A stretch of DNA of 63,856 nt, counting the filler. It is 6 parts of 6 records of this genome, joined end to end, with 100 filler letters (N's around TTAATTAATTAA, not from the genome) between each part and the next. Parts side by side here need not be neighbours in the genome. Positions count along the whole stretch, not along the records: positions 30,914 to 46,304 come from SRR31147125_32335; positions 46,405 to 56,365 come from SRR31147125_32343; 4 more parts are not named here. One strand, given 5' to 3'. Positions 41,501-50,343 of the stretch are shown piece by piece. A program made the translations under genes and the position numbers. Each line of letters begins with the position of its first letter. Positions within the stretch are counted from its first letter, which is position 1. The notes beneath the pieces are model-generated. The model saw only the letters and a program-made list of their open reading frames with translations. It ran no database searches and was not told where the DNA came from.

Positions 41501-44500
41501 AGAGTCAAAGATCTGGGCGTATATATCAAATGAATCCCCTGCATGATCAGAAGCCCAGGTGACGACGAAACCACCGGTGTTCAAAGGCACTACATAAGGG
41601 GCAGCCTGGTCAGCTTCGATGGTGGAATTGATCCGGAATTCACCGGAGGTCATTACGCCGTTTTCATCGTAGACCCTGCCGTAAATCTCATAGCCGTTGT
41701 CGATTTGATCCTGTGAATGCCAGGCAACAACAAAACCGCCTCCGAAAAGGCCGGCAACCTTCGGCCTGCCCTGATCACCGTTACCATAATAGTTGACGAG
41801 GAATTCATCACCAACCGGTGTTCCCGAATTATCATACCGTTGGCCGCGAACCTCCAGCCCATCTTCAGGAAGAATACCGGGGGTCTCCCAGGTAACGACC
41901 CACCCATCGCTGTTCCCAAGCGCGTCATAGAGCGGGGATATCTCTGGTCTTTCCTGCGCCCCTGTGGTCTGACTGTTGATCTGGAATTCGTCACCCAGCG
42001 CTTTCGGGCCGTACTCATCGACCGTGAAGACAAAGGTAACCGGGGATTCGATGGATCTGCCGGTCTGGTCGGTGGCGCTGAGGGTGACGTTCACAGGGGT
42101 CTGCGAGTCTGCATCCAGGACTTGCGGATTCATCAGGATGAGCTTGTCACCGCTGATCTCGAAATCAGCTCCATTTTCACTGACAATTGAATACGTCAAT
42201 CCTGCACTGTCTCCGACGTCGGGATCGAGTCCGCTGATAGTTGCAATTTCCAGATCACTGGTTTCAGGCAGCGTGAGCCCCTCGTCGATCAATGTGGTAG
42301 ACAGGTAGATGGCAGTTGGTGCTTCTGCCCCGGCCTGATCGACAATAAATCGCTGTCCGAACACACCAACGCCGCCGCCGTCCTGTGTGGGGTCCCCACC
42401 GTCATCGATGTTGGTTCCGGACTGCCAGACGATCGTGAAGCTGCCGTCCTCGTTCCCGGCCACATCGGCGAACCACTGGGCGCCTGCGGTGAAACTGTTG
42501 GCCTGGATCAGGTCGCCGACTCGTTCTCCATCTGAATCGATGACCTGGGCGAACGTACCAAAACCATCTCCGTCCTGCCCGCCAGCGTCCCACGTAACCA
42601 CGAACATGTCGTTGCCCACCGGTGCGACAGCCGGCCAGTAACCGTTGGCGGTGGTAGTGATCTCGAAGGTGTCCGGATTGTCGATAGTTTCGTTGACGCT
42701 GTCGTAGTCATAGATCTTGCTGAAGATCTGGTATGTGTCGTATGCCTCTACATATTCGGACCAGACGACCGCAATGGCACCGTTTCCGAGAGCGGCGACA
42801 ACAGGTTCGCGTTGGTCCTGGGAAGATTGACTGGTTGTGATGAGAAACTCGGTAGAATCTCCGTTTACCGCAACCGGGTCTGCTATGGTCCCGTCTGTTC
42901 CGCTTGTGGTGTAAATTCGTCCGTACACGTCGGCGGGACCACCGGGGTCGCTGGTCTGTGCCTGCATCCAGGTGACCATGAATCCGCCGTCGGGCAGGCC
43001 GGTGACCGATGCGTCCAATTGGTCCACGGCGGTAACAGCATCGGGGTGTGCATCGAAGGTGTTGATGTGGAATTCGGTGTAGGGGGCGAAGCCGTCGGAG
43101 TCGAACACTTTGCCGTAGATCCCGAGTCCCTCGCTGTCGTCTCCTTCCTGCCCCTGGGACTGCCACACAACGACGAACCTGTTGTCTGTCAGGTCACTGA
43201 TAGACGGCATTCCCTGCGAATCGTCGATATAGTCGTTGATCTGAAACTGGGATCCGACATGATCGCCCTGATCGTTGAATAGCTGCCCGTAAACACCTTC
43301 GTTTGAACCATCCTGCACGCTCGACTGCCAGGCTACCACGAATCCGCCGTCGCTCAATGCGGTTACAACGGGTCTGGTCTCCGCACCCATGGTTTCAGAG
43401 TTCACGAGGAACTCTTTGCCGATACGACTGCCGTCCGGTGCATATAACTGACCCAGAATTTCCAATCCAGAGTACTTACTGGCTTCCGATTCCCACACGA
43501 CCACGGTTGAGCCGTCTGCAAGAATGGCGGTGGTCGGCATAAGTTGATCGTTATCCGCCTGCTCGTTAACCTGGAATTCTTCACCCAGCTTTCGTACTTC
43601 TGCTACGTCTGCAATCGAGAACGTGTAGGTGTCAGAGAAGGTGAGACCAGCTGAATCGGTAACCCGAATCTCAGCTGAAAGTGGGCCGATCGGGTTTTCG
43701 AAATCCAGTTCGGTGTCCAGCACCAGTTGATGGCCATTTATTACTGAAAAACCTGCTCCGGTTGAAGTGAGTATTTCAAAGGTATGGGTATCGCCAGCAT
43801 CGGGATCAAGTGCTGCCAGGTCTGCAATTACTTCTCCGGCAGCGATGTTTTCGTCGATGCCGGATGGCACATGAATGGCGACCGGTGCTTCAGTGCCGGC
43901 ATGGTCCAGGATGAATCGCTGGCCAAATACACCAAGTCCATTGCCTAGATCGTTATAATCCTGGTCAATTGATTCCCAGCCAATGACAAAACTGCCGTCA
44001 GCCAGTTCTGTAATAACAGGATTCTGTTGGATGTTGTCTATATGGGTGTTGACGACAATTTCGTCTCCAATTCGATTTCCATCTGGGTCAAACGCCTGGG
44101 CGACGATTCCGTTAGTGCTGTTCCCTTCCTGGTTATAGGAGGTCCAGGCAACGACGAAATTGCCATCCGACAATGCGGTAATTGTCGGGTTGGTCTGGTC
44201 CCAACCCCAGAAGGTGTTGATATCGAATTCATCACCGGCAGGCGTACCGTCCGCACTGAAAACTCTACCGATAATTTCATATTCGGACTGCGACCCACCT
44301 TCCTGCTGTCCCTGCCCATCCCATACGATGATGAAACTGCCGTTGACCAGAGTTGTAACACTGGGACTGGTTTGGTTGTAATAACCCGGGGTTTCCGTGG
44401 TGTTCGCTTTTTGAACGCCGGTGGTGTCATATCCCCCGCTACCGTCAGGGGTAATAACATTGTAATAGATGCTGTTATTGACACTGCTTGTACCTTCATC

Positions 44501-46303
44501 CCACGTAACGACAAAGCCGCCAGTCTGCAGTTCGCTGACATCGGCAACATTTGGAATGTTATAAGATTGTACAGAAATGGAAAACTCGTCACCGTTGCGA
44601 GTCCCATCATCGTTATATAATTGTGATTTGACCTCTCTTTCACCAGAGCCATTCGTAGCGATCCAGGTGAGGATAAAACCACCACTGCTTAAAGAGGTGG
44701 AGGTTATAGCTGATTTTCCTTCCGTAGATGTCAGGTTTTCGATAGTGTCGACCTGAATTCCATTGGAGTCGTATATTTTTCCGACAGCTCCGCCTGTGGC
44801 ATACTGATAGTCGTAGACAACGCCAAAAAGACCGTTGTTTAATGCCATGACAGTCGGGTCGCCGCCCACGGTACCCACAGGGATTTCACCGCTGTCATGA
44901 GCAGTCCCGTCGGGATTATAGATCTGAGCCAAAATTTGTGGTTTGCTGGTATCCCAGGCGTTATACGATTGCCAGACCGCTACAAATTTACCGTCCGAAA
45001 GGCCTGTCAATTCAGGGGATTCCTGCCTCTGATAGGGATAGGTATTGATCTGAAACTCGCTGCCGATTGGTCGGAGTTCTGTAAGATCTGTAATAGCCAG
45101 GCTCAGTGTTTCTGCATAACTGATACTACCGTCAACACTGTCGGTTGCCTGGATTCGTACGCTGAAATCGGTGGGTGGGTTTTCAAAATCAACCGCAGAC
45201 TCCAATACCAGTTCGTTGGAGCCGTTGATGGAGAACGATGCACCATTCTGTTCAAGGATAGTGAAATTGTGCGTATCCGGCGATGCATCAGGGTCAAATA
45301 CACTGAGTGCACCGACTATTACCCCCGAGCTGTTTTCATCTACGCTGTAATTATCGAGCATGATATCGGTCGGGGCATCGTTGCCAGGATAGTCGAGAAT
45401 AATGCGCTGCCCAAAAATGCCTTCTCCGCCAAGGTCCTGGTCGTAGGATTCCCATACGGTGACAATGGACCCGTCAGAAAGAACCGCAATTGATGGATTA
45501 TCCTGATTGTTTGTTGTGGTGGAATTGATCAGGAACTGGCCACCGTTTGACGTTCCGTCGGCGTGGTAGATCTGTCCCATGACGCCATATCCGTTGCCGT
45601 CTCCACCCGAGGCTTGCCAGGTGACGACATAACCACCGTCCGGCAGGGAAGCGATTTTCGGGAAAGACTGTTCACCGGTTGTCGTGGTGTTGACCCGTAT
45701 CTCATCATCGAACAGTGGTGTGCCGTTGTCGTCAAAGACCTGGCAGAAAACACCTGAACCACTGATATCGTATGAGTACCAGGTTGCAGCAAACCCGCCC
45801 CCAGGCAATGCGGTAATTTGCGGTGACGACTGGCCATATGCGGTGTAATCGTTAAGAATGAAATCCGTGCCGGCTTCACCTGCAATGGGATTTCCTGCGG
45901 CATCATACATGCGGGCGAAGATACCGGTGGAGGATCCGTCGGGAAGTTGATTCACAGATTCCCACGCAACCACAAAGCCACCGCCTTCAAGACTGGTAAT
46001 GACGGGAGATCTCTGGTCATTTACCGTTTCGTTGCTGATGTGAAACTCAAGCCCTGCTGTACCGTCGGCATTGTATCTCCTGCCGAATATACCGTTTTGA
46101 TCAGGGTCCGCTGCCGTGTTGCCGTTCGATTGCCAGACGGCCACAAAGCCACCGTCGTCAAGCCCGCTGATAGTAGAGAACATCTGACTCGAGGCTGATG
46201 TGGTGTTGATGAGAAATTCATCATTTATCGGACTGCCATTCGCAGCGAATATCTGCCCAAATACCCCATAGCTGAAGGAATCCTGGTTAGAGTCCCAGGT
46301 TAC
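32549..46303 (-). CDS. Giant acidic repeat protein (beta-propeller-like modules alternating with cadherin-like domains, C-terminal RTX repeats), 5'-truncated
   Basis: Many F.VN..T...Q..P.V..L..GGFVV.W.S..QDG...GI.GQ.F repeats; eight AP.DI....VDE...D.D...DFE cadherin-like units; GGLGADRMEGGAGNDIF; frame open to the contig end (40 codons more than the ORF track). Confidence 0.85.
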   Translation of the reverse strand, partial: VTWDSNQDSFSYGVFGQIFAANGSPINDEFLINTTSASSQMFSTISGLDDGGFVAVWQSNGNTAADPDQNGIFGRRYNADGTAGLEFHISNETVNDQRSPVITSLEGGGFVVAWESVNQLPDGSSTGIFARMYDAAGNPIAGEAGTDFILNDYTAYGQSSPQITALPGGGFAATWYSYDISGSGVFCQVFDDNGTPLFDDEIRVNTTTTGEQSFPKIASLPDGGYVVTWQASGGDGNGYGVMGQIYHADGTSNGGQFLINSTTTNNQDNPSIAVLSDGSIVTVWESYDQDLGGEGIFGQRIILDYPGNDAPTDIMLDNYSVDENSSGVIVGALSVFDPDASPDTHNFTILEQNGASFSINGSNELVLESAVDFENPPTDFSVRIQATDSVDGSISYAETLSLAITDLTELRPIGSEFQINTYPYQRQESPELTGLSDGKFVAVWQSYNAWDTSKPQILAQIYNPDGTAHDSGEIPVGTVGGDPTVMALNNGLFGVVYDYQYATGGAVGKIYDSNGIQVDTIENLTSTEGKSAITSTSLSSGGFILTWIATNGSGEREVKSQLYNDDGTRNGDEFSISVQSYNIPNVADVSELQTGGFVVTWDEGTSSVNNSIYYNVITPDGSGGYDTTGVQKANTTETPGYYNQTSPSVTTLVNGSFIIVWDGQGQQEGGSQSEYEIIGRVFSADGTPAGDEFDINTFWGWDQTNPTITALSDGNFVVAWTSYNQEGNSTNGIVAQAFDPDGNRIGDEIVVNTHIDNIQQNPVITELADGSFVIGWESIDQDYNDLGNGLGVFGQRFILDHAGTEAPVAIHVPSGIDENIAAGEVIADLAALDPDAGDTHTFEILTSTGAGFSVINGHQLVLDTELDFENPIGPLSAEIRVTDSAGLTFSDTYTFSIADVAEVRKLGEEFQVNEQADNDQLMPTTAILADGSTVVVWESEASKYSGLEILGQLYAPDGSRIGKEFLVNSETMGAETRPVVTALSDGGFVVAWQSSVQDGSNEGVYGQLFNDQGDHVGSQFQINDYIDDSQGMPSISDLTDNRFVVVWQSQGQEGDDSEGLGIYGKVFDSDGFAPYTEFHINTFDAHPDAVTAVDQLDASVTGLPDGGFMVTWMQAQTSDPGGPADVYGRIYTTSGTDGTIADPVAVNGDSTEFLITTSQSSQDQREPVVAALGNGAIAVVWSEYVEAYDTYQIFSKIYDYDSVNETIDNPDTFEITTTANGYWPAVAPVGNDMFVVTWDAGGQDGDGFGTFAQVIDSDGERVGDLIQANSFTAGAQWFADVAGNEDGSFTIVWQSGTNIDDGGDPTQDGGGVGVFGQRFIVDQAGAEAPTAIYLSTTLIDEGLTLPETSDLEIATISGLDPDVGDSAGLTYSIVSENGADFEISGDKLILMNPQVLDADSQTPVNVTLSATDQTGRSIESPVTFVFTVDEYGPKALGDEFQINSQTTGAQERPEISPLYDALGNSDGWVVTWETPGILPEDGLEVRGQRYDNSGTPVGDEFLVNYYGNGDQGRPKVAGLFGGGFVVAWHSQDQIDNGYEIYGRVYDENGVMTSGEFRINSTIEADQAAPYVVPLNTGGFVVTWASDHAGDSFDIYAQIFDSAGNKVNSEFLVNQETTDYQEWPDVAPLHVNGDDTWFVVTWGSYNELGPDTEEGAIYARVFSAEGAVTNDIPVNEFYTGDQLSPSVTGLWDKDGITNGTFLVSWVSGANQDGDGAGIYGRILDIDGIEVQGEFLINSTTALNQSNVEVSAFDGGFVATWKSQESAGTDAPHDIIGQVFLNDGTKIGDEFTVNSTITDDQINPTVSTLADGSFVIAWQSLANFDGDDDSWGIYGQRFVIDSPDNEAPYDLFLSHTEVQEDVDSQFIGRIGTFDVDKIGTDKTDQADSFTFEIIDDSGQEFSLIHQMLFLETRMDYELDYGSPLYVTVRVTDRDGLSYEEQLFLDLKNLGTWHVGGEAQVNTTMSGAQENASVTENEWGGYYVVWQSDHTGTPDIFGQHFNLDGSLNGDEFQLNTTTTSAQQTPEIASLTGGGFVAVWTDMSSGSPTLVGRGYDGNSNPFGDEVPISGAAPKADTAPLVSGLSDGGFVVGWTEEIADVDTVLIQRYDNTGNVVHSGTVAIVGAMVPDARASLSAWGDGGYVVAWNDIDPDDGNLDIFYQTYDQSDTPGGITRVNTDSDISDQSAPAILGLSDGGYAIAWQTVSANSTDIALQVFDQDGTSRGDKVLVNTTTDNGYENLNPVLVESDGSLFVAWEFDDQSTDSLDLHGQAVDMWSGELVGEEIVISEHSDLDQSSIALDSVWGGFVATWQSQSTADSDSDGYGISSQRLIIDQQWEQYPELVVFSDYDVDEGLGPDAFVANIFSIDPDKDNTVTYTLDGPNAQYFKISGNQLLTTVDLDHESRNGYELAIFATDETGRSNAQQWWINVNDVEEILPDPLSPPALSSALMPGNSSDYFMTEELGNGDYLVAWNEYPDDRGSSELWGMIYNDSGGLVTSDKVLLHDAPFEFHNARVSALGSTGEFVAIWEGPDDLNGGTWTWFGQTFAPNGASMSDVFYIDQTIENGQESPEIHGIGEDSFVIAWTVNGSGDDYLQTFSYQIGTGIYLADGDPLKLHESGSALTRLNEIVDYPTSADAASFLIGGNDGLGSTIQLFDSSGNPLGGPFFDAYNKGSAIADQTLTDYITLDSGHSVILDLDWLDGSAADLRLTIKGPDGNLIEETVVPGFSTGADWNKVSLTELSGSDFAVSWMDGETLHTNYFRIDGNHGVYDGAPTNLYVEATLTDNSAGEVLGIIAGQDADDQDLTYTIKDAVNHQNFRIEGNLLILDTPFDTISNATLSELDLTIIATDDDLNTLEQDITVNLADSMTLVQQRYLTELSPTPDAIDGAATFGGGNYVVSWSADNGGGDVDVYAAIYGADGYTPFVVNAPSSATQDQSSVVGLDNGGFVVTYRSDDTSDIFGTIYDARGTELFGAVPINSSTSGNQEHAVATALNTGGFVVAWTSDETGDADVRYRIFNEDGSEAVSEQTANQALAGDQYNVDVASLQNGDFVITWTSEPTPGADTSIHAAIFDNSGNWITELDVTGDAYFDSEAMHNPQVVGLSDGGFVIAWDNMTEGDTNPWNNQVMFSQYDWDGTTANWEFSDELHGSMENPVIAPYGDGFIVAFDQLLQQDGYGNPAYTVRALIIDESGGLVAHAVQPSPDAAIAWGNGDTITNTSNVQELLALKNGNFAVFTSNQDTNSFLPLNLYYEYVLHDMDVALATEPEISINTTATAEQQHAAIAALSSGTYVAVWGSEQDGAQVDDNIYGQRYNADGSTFGGEFLVNSTPGDNQTNPVISALANDTYLVTWLTDTDVDSTQDVIGQIRAFDGTIIKDEFPINTYTTGSQAGQSVTTLDDGGFVVIWQSQDPDNIFAFDIHGQQFDADGNTLGVEFKVNTDDTELARYVPSVTSLNSGGFAVAWMASDDLFQSDGDVWARLYDAHGAPVDDMFRIDNDASVGMFPTIAELSNGRLLVSWAQSTDRLSDTLDIYAKIIDANTGGTIVDEFAITSDEISQDAGSRITVLENRTEGEFVITWGSSDGSGSDIYGQLFDGDGNKIGDNFLVNSYTSSNQEGQQATALPDGSIYIAWQSNGQDGDLNGIYGRQFYFDQPGTNAPTDIVVGGGLQEDLGAGTYYLPLYVLDPDGGDTHTIANVFDPDGTGYFNVIGSPGNYQLEVTLPAVALDYEDKGTFNLTMDVTGNEDGLSSNLRLDIPVINVFEQSQPVETRSPELTVESGVYSNFSTPQGVALANGYYAVVYVDYTSSGQESDIYGTLFGGNNQVLDTFQIASAGVLYNYPVHNFLPSITSSDDGSTFLVSWTQDNAEITGDDTPVWTSDFSLVACEYTITDGTVSPAHAQFTIEGSSATHYTPGIVAEHPVSGYISALKVTDGNGNYDLVLRMFDGDGTITGSDIHVTSYSTNSYSPLEIAPYDITGYTNAFLITYEGSETETRGRFYDDDGNAIGEEFIVEMTPGEQGTSLDGGYYEVILGSGHNIELQKSYPEMNASLAYLAFAPDGTLVDTGNVALNTSENGDIDLSSIVSLGGNEFIALWSETDDTSLPDAYNLYAKRFEVDGSAGTGNDAPGSILLYGAYVAENQPGAVVGVLSAMDPNFRHHELTYEIVGGSTIFEIDGNVLKLQDGIALDNEALPASGLDLQFSVSDGVNSFSDPAYFSIDTINVAEYDDTEVTLLQAAPGEQSSGNVLTASSSSLILGHAGADTITGSDSNDIIKGGLGADRMEGGAGNDIFVIWGEIDASYEKLGEIDEAGEVISINVEDHAAPGERILGGLGDDTLIIYGTTTLSNLALYDGIEHEIINSNVTMSAEQLSSTTLTSITGQGEEAHILNITGSGTVDLSTITIDNIDEINIAPEVELILTEEQEATLPINVVESPVDETESVDEPIFGDTETIEPDPTVTATSDTPDASADAPLFGDDPADDGLNSITVQGTDAETPDDTIDTADMLENNGTETTGEEPVFGDGGETGADNTVFEDTVEPLLSDSADDTAMDIVEEDPLVVDDAANAGGDADSDLIWLTGQVDDVDAGV

Positions 46304-46304
46304 C

Positions 46305-46404
46305 NNNNNNNNNNNNNNNNNNNNNNNNNNNNNNNNNNNNNNNNNNNNTTAATTAATTAANNNNNNNNNNNNNNNNNNNNNNNNNNNNNNNNNNNNNNNN
46401 NNNN
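46305..46404. other. Artificial contig spacer
   Basis: 44 N + TTAATTAATTAA + 44 N. Confidence 0.99.
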
Positions 46405-46453
46405 AAAAAAATTCCCCCAATAATCCTTTCCCATCCTTTTGGAGAGCTTGATC

Positions 46454-49437
46454 ATGGCCCAAAAGAACTACCGAGTAGTTAAATCCAGAAAAAAAATCCG
46501 GGTGAAGTACCTGTTTAAACTTGTAGTGGGGTTTGGCACATCCGTCGCTATTCTGATTGTTGTGTTCTTTTTCGGCAATAAGGCCATCCAGGACATGTCC
46601 GTGTTACTCAGGCATCTCATCATTGATGAGGTCTATCTTCTTACACAGATCAATGATCTTCAGTCCCGCGCCATCACCATTCGGCTTTTTGAAGCGGAAC
46701 TTCCCAGGGTAAAGGATGTCTGGGCGATGGCAGGAAATAACGACGATTTGATGAAGGAAATTGAGGGGTTTGAAAAAAATTTCATGTCGTTTATTGACGC
46801 TTATAAAGCGTTGGATAGCAAGAAAGCGGACCTTTTGATAAAGAGTTGGACATTGTACAAAAAAAACTCAAAGCGAACCATGGAATTGGCCGAAGGGATG
46901 AAACTTTCCGAGGCGGAAGCGGTGTCTTCTTATTCGTCTCGTCCGAGATTTCAATCATTTCTACATGAACTTAGACAGATTTCCAGCCAAGTGGAACAAT
47001 ATGTAAAACAAGATTATGACGAAACTCAATTGATGCTTACAAATAAGCGATCCACATTTTTCTTTTTATCTTTCTTCGGTATTGTGATCAGCCTTTTTTT
47101 CGCCTTTTTTCTGGCAAGATCCTTGTCCAATAGAATTACCGCGCTCCGCAATGGTGCCTTGGCACTGGCTGAAGGAAAACAGACAAAATCGATTCTGGTA
47201 AAAGGCTATGATGAAATCAGCGATTTGGCCGAGGCCTTCAATTTTATGCATGTTGAAATCACAAGCCGTGAAAAAGCACTATTAGAAGCCCGGGAAGAAC
47301 TTGAAGATCGTGTACGACAGCGCACCAATGAGCTTGAAATATCTAATGCCGAGCTTGAAAAGGCCAGAAAAAAGGCTGAAGAGATGGCTATTCAGGCTGA
47401 ATCGGCCAATCGCGCCAAAAGCGAGTTTTTGGCCAATATGAGTCACGAGATCAGAACCCCGATGAATGGCGTGATCGGCATGACCGAATTGCTCATTGGT
47501 ACGAATCTTGATGAAGAACAGCTCCATTTTGCAGGGATTATTCGTGCCAGTGCCGAATCCCTTTTGAGGGTGATCAACGATATTTTGGACTTTTCAAAAG
47601 TTGAAGCCAAAAAATTAGATTTGGAAATACTCGATTTCGATCTTCAAACATTATTGGAAGACTTGGCGGTGACCCTGGCATGGCACGCCAATGATAAAGG
47701 GCTTGAGCTGGTTTGCGGGCTGTCACCGGATGTCCCAACTCTTGTTCGCGGAGATCCCGGCAGGCTTCGACAAGTTTTAACCAACTTGACCGGCAATGCG
47801 ATTAAGTTTACCCACAAGGGGGAGGTTGCCATTCGGGTGACGCTGGTGTCCGATACGGGTGATGCGGTTTTAATTCGGTTTGCAGTGCGGGACACCGGAA
47901 TAGGCATCCCGGAAGATCAGCTCGGTCAACTTTTCACCTCTTTTCGGCAGGTGGATGCTTCCACTAAACGAAAGTATGGTGGTACAGGTCTGGGGTTAAG
48001 TATCTCAAAACAACTGGCAAAACTGATGGAGGGTGAGGCAGGGGTCCAAAGCAGCCTGGGGAAAGGTTCCGAATTCTGGTTTACCGCCAAATTGGAAAAG
48101 CAAACCAAAGTACCAACTATCCCCATACCGGTTCCTGAAAATCTGGCTGGTGTGCGGGCCTTGATTGTGGATGATAATGCGACCAACCGGGAAATTTTAT
48201 CCATTCAAATGAAATCCTGGAAAATGGATGTCTCGGAAAGCCAAGACGGCCCCGGCGCACTTCAGGCCCTCTATAAAACCTTAAAAGAAGAGACACCTTA
48301 TCAGATTGCCGTCCTTGATATGATGATGCCGGGAATGGATGGGGAGGCCCTTTGCAAAGCCATTAGAAACGAGAATCGGTTTAAGGAAATAAAGCTGGTC
48401 TTATTGACATCCGTTGGTCTCCGGGGGAGACGAAACACTTTGCCGAAATCGGATTCAATGGGTATATAACCAAACCGGTACGAACACTTGAGTTGAAATC
48501 GCTGCTTTCTCAAGTGGTGGCAGCAGAAGATAGCGAATTACTCAGTGCCGGTTCAATCATCACAAGACATAGCATTCGAGAAACATTAAATCTGTTTGCC
48601 GGCCAAAATGTTCGAATTTTACTGGTTGAAGATAATTATACCAATCGGTTGGTGGCCTTAGGAATCCTGAAAAAGCTCGGTCTTTCCGCCGATGCTGTTG
48701 AGAATGGAAAATCAGCGGTCGAGGCGCTTGAGAAAATCCCTTACGATTTGGTATTGATGGACCTGCAAATGCCGGAGATGGATGGGGAGGAAGCAACCCG
48801 CATTATCCGTGATCCAAATTCCTCCGTCCTCGATCACAATATACCCATCATTGCCATGACAGCCAATGCCATGGCCGGAGATTGTGAAAAATGTTTTAAT
48901 ATGGGCATGGATGGATATTTGTCCAAACCGGTTGATCCATTGATTCTTGCAAGCGAATTGGAAAAATGGTTGAAACCTGGGTCATTTGAAAACATCACTC
49001 AAGGTTTTGAAAAAACACCTAACGCCTCAGAAGTAAATACTTGTAAAAAAGAAGCAACTGAGGAATCAAATCAAAATGACAATGAGAGTATTTCAAACCT
49101 AGACGTATTTGATTATGATGGATTGATTGAAAAATTAATGGATGATAAAGAATTGGCAAGACAGGTTATTCATGGCTTTTTAGGAGATATGCCGTCGCAA
49201 CTGGCGGCGATTAAGGCGTTTGTAGAAGAAAGGAACGCCGAGAAAGCAAGGGCTCAGGCGCATAAGATTAAAGGTGCGGCAGGTAACCTCACAGGAAAAA
49301 TCCTGCAGGAGACAGCCCACGCTATGGAAAAAGCAGGCGAAGCAAATGATATGGAAGCTCTTTTGAAATTGCTGCCGAACCTTGAACATCGGTTTGTTGA
49401 GCTCAAAAAAATGATGGAGTCGAAATTGGGAGACTAA
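46454..49437 (+). CDS. Hybrid sensor histidine kinase (periplasmic sensor-HAMP-HisKA-HATPase-REC-REC-HPt), split by one frameshift
   Basis: [34 protein letters not shown], two receivers, [12 protein letters not shown]t; one extra G at 48423-48427 joins the two ORFs through [22 protein letters not shown]. Confidence 0.9.
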
Positions 49438-49632
49438 TTTTGCAAGCAGCTCCCCTGACTGTCATGGTGCGACATCGCCTGATTTAAGGTGGGTTCCATT
49501 TTGATGCTCGTCTCATAAAACTCTCATTCATTTTTTTGAAGAAATTATAAAACGGGCCTCAAAATGGTCGATTATTAATCAAAGGGGGCAGCGTGAGAGC
49601 CGCAAAGATGATGTACATACAAAATAGATCTG

Positions 49633-50343
49633 TCAAAGTCCAAGATAAGCCTTTTTTATGTGAGGATCCCCGAGAAGTTCGGAGGCCTTTCCTTCCATGG
49701 CAATACGCCCATGTTCCAGGACATAGCCCCGATCACTAAGGCTCAATGAGTGGTTCACATCCTGCTCCACCATGAGCACTGTCGTGCCTTCGTCGGCAAT
49801 CTCCCGAACCGTCTTGAAAATTTCTTTAATCAGCACCGGGGCCAGCCCCAGAGACGGCTCATCCAGCATCAAGATCTTGGGCATGGCCATCAATCCCCGG
49901 CCAATGGCCACCATCTGCTGTTCACCGCCGGAGAGGGTCATGGCGATCTGCTCCGAGCGTTCTTCCAACCTCGGCAGAAGGTCGTAAACATGCCTCAGGG
50001 TCTTTTCCTTATGCGCGTCAGCCCTTGAATTGTACGCACCGACAATGAGATTATCTACGATGTTCATCAATGAAAAAAGCCGTCTTCCCTCGGGGACGTG
50101 GACAATACCGTGATTCACGATTTTTTCCGGCGACAACGATTGTACTTCATTGTCTTCAAAAACGATCTTGCCTTTGGCCGGTTCCAGCAAACCGGATATG
50201 GTGCGAAGCAACGTAGATTTTCCGGCGCCGTTTCCACCGATGATGCTGACCACTTCTCCTTCCTCGATGGTGAGGGAAAGATCGAAGATCACCTGCACAT
50301 CATCGTAAAATACATCGATATCCTGGACTTCAAGCAGTGCCAT
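49633..50343 (-). CDS. livF: Branched-chain amino acid ABC transporter ATP-binding protein
   Basis: GGNGAGKST, VPEGRRLF, LSGGEQQM, LDEPSLGLAP. Confidence 0.92.
   Translation of the reverse strand: MALLEVQDIDVFYDDVQVIFDLSLTIEEGEVVSIIGGNGAGKSTLLRTISGLLEPAKGKIVFEDNEVQSLSPEKIVNHGIVHVPEGRRLFSLMNIVDNLIVGAYNSRADAHKEKTLRHVYDLLPRLEERSEQIAMTLSGGEQQMVAIGRGLMAMPKILMLDEPSLGLAPVLIKEIFKTVREIADEGTTVLMVEQDVNHSLSLSDRGYVLEHGRIAMEGKASELLGDPHIKKAYLGL

Noticed and set aside
32583..46224. Many 60-330-aa ORFs overlapping the giant gene (e.g. 35240-36238, 36722-37717, 40313-41257)
   Set aside because: Antisense or alternative-frame shadows of a GC-rich coding sequence with no recognisable motifs
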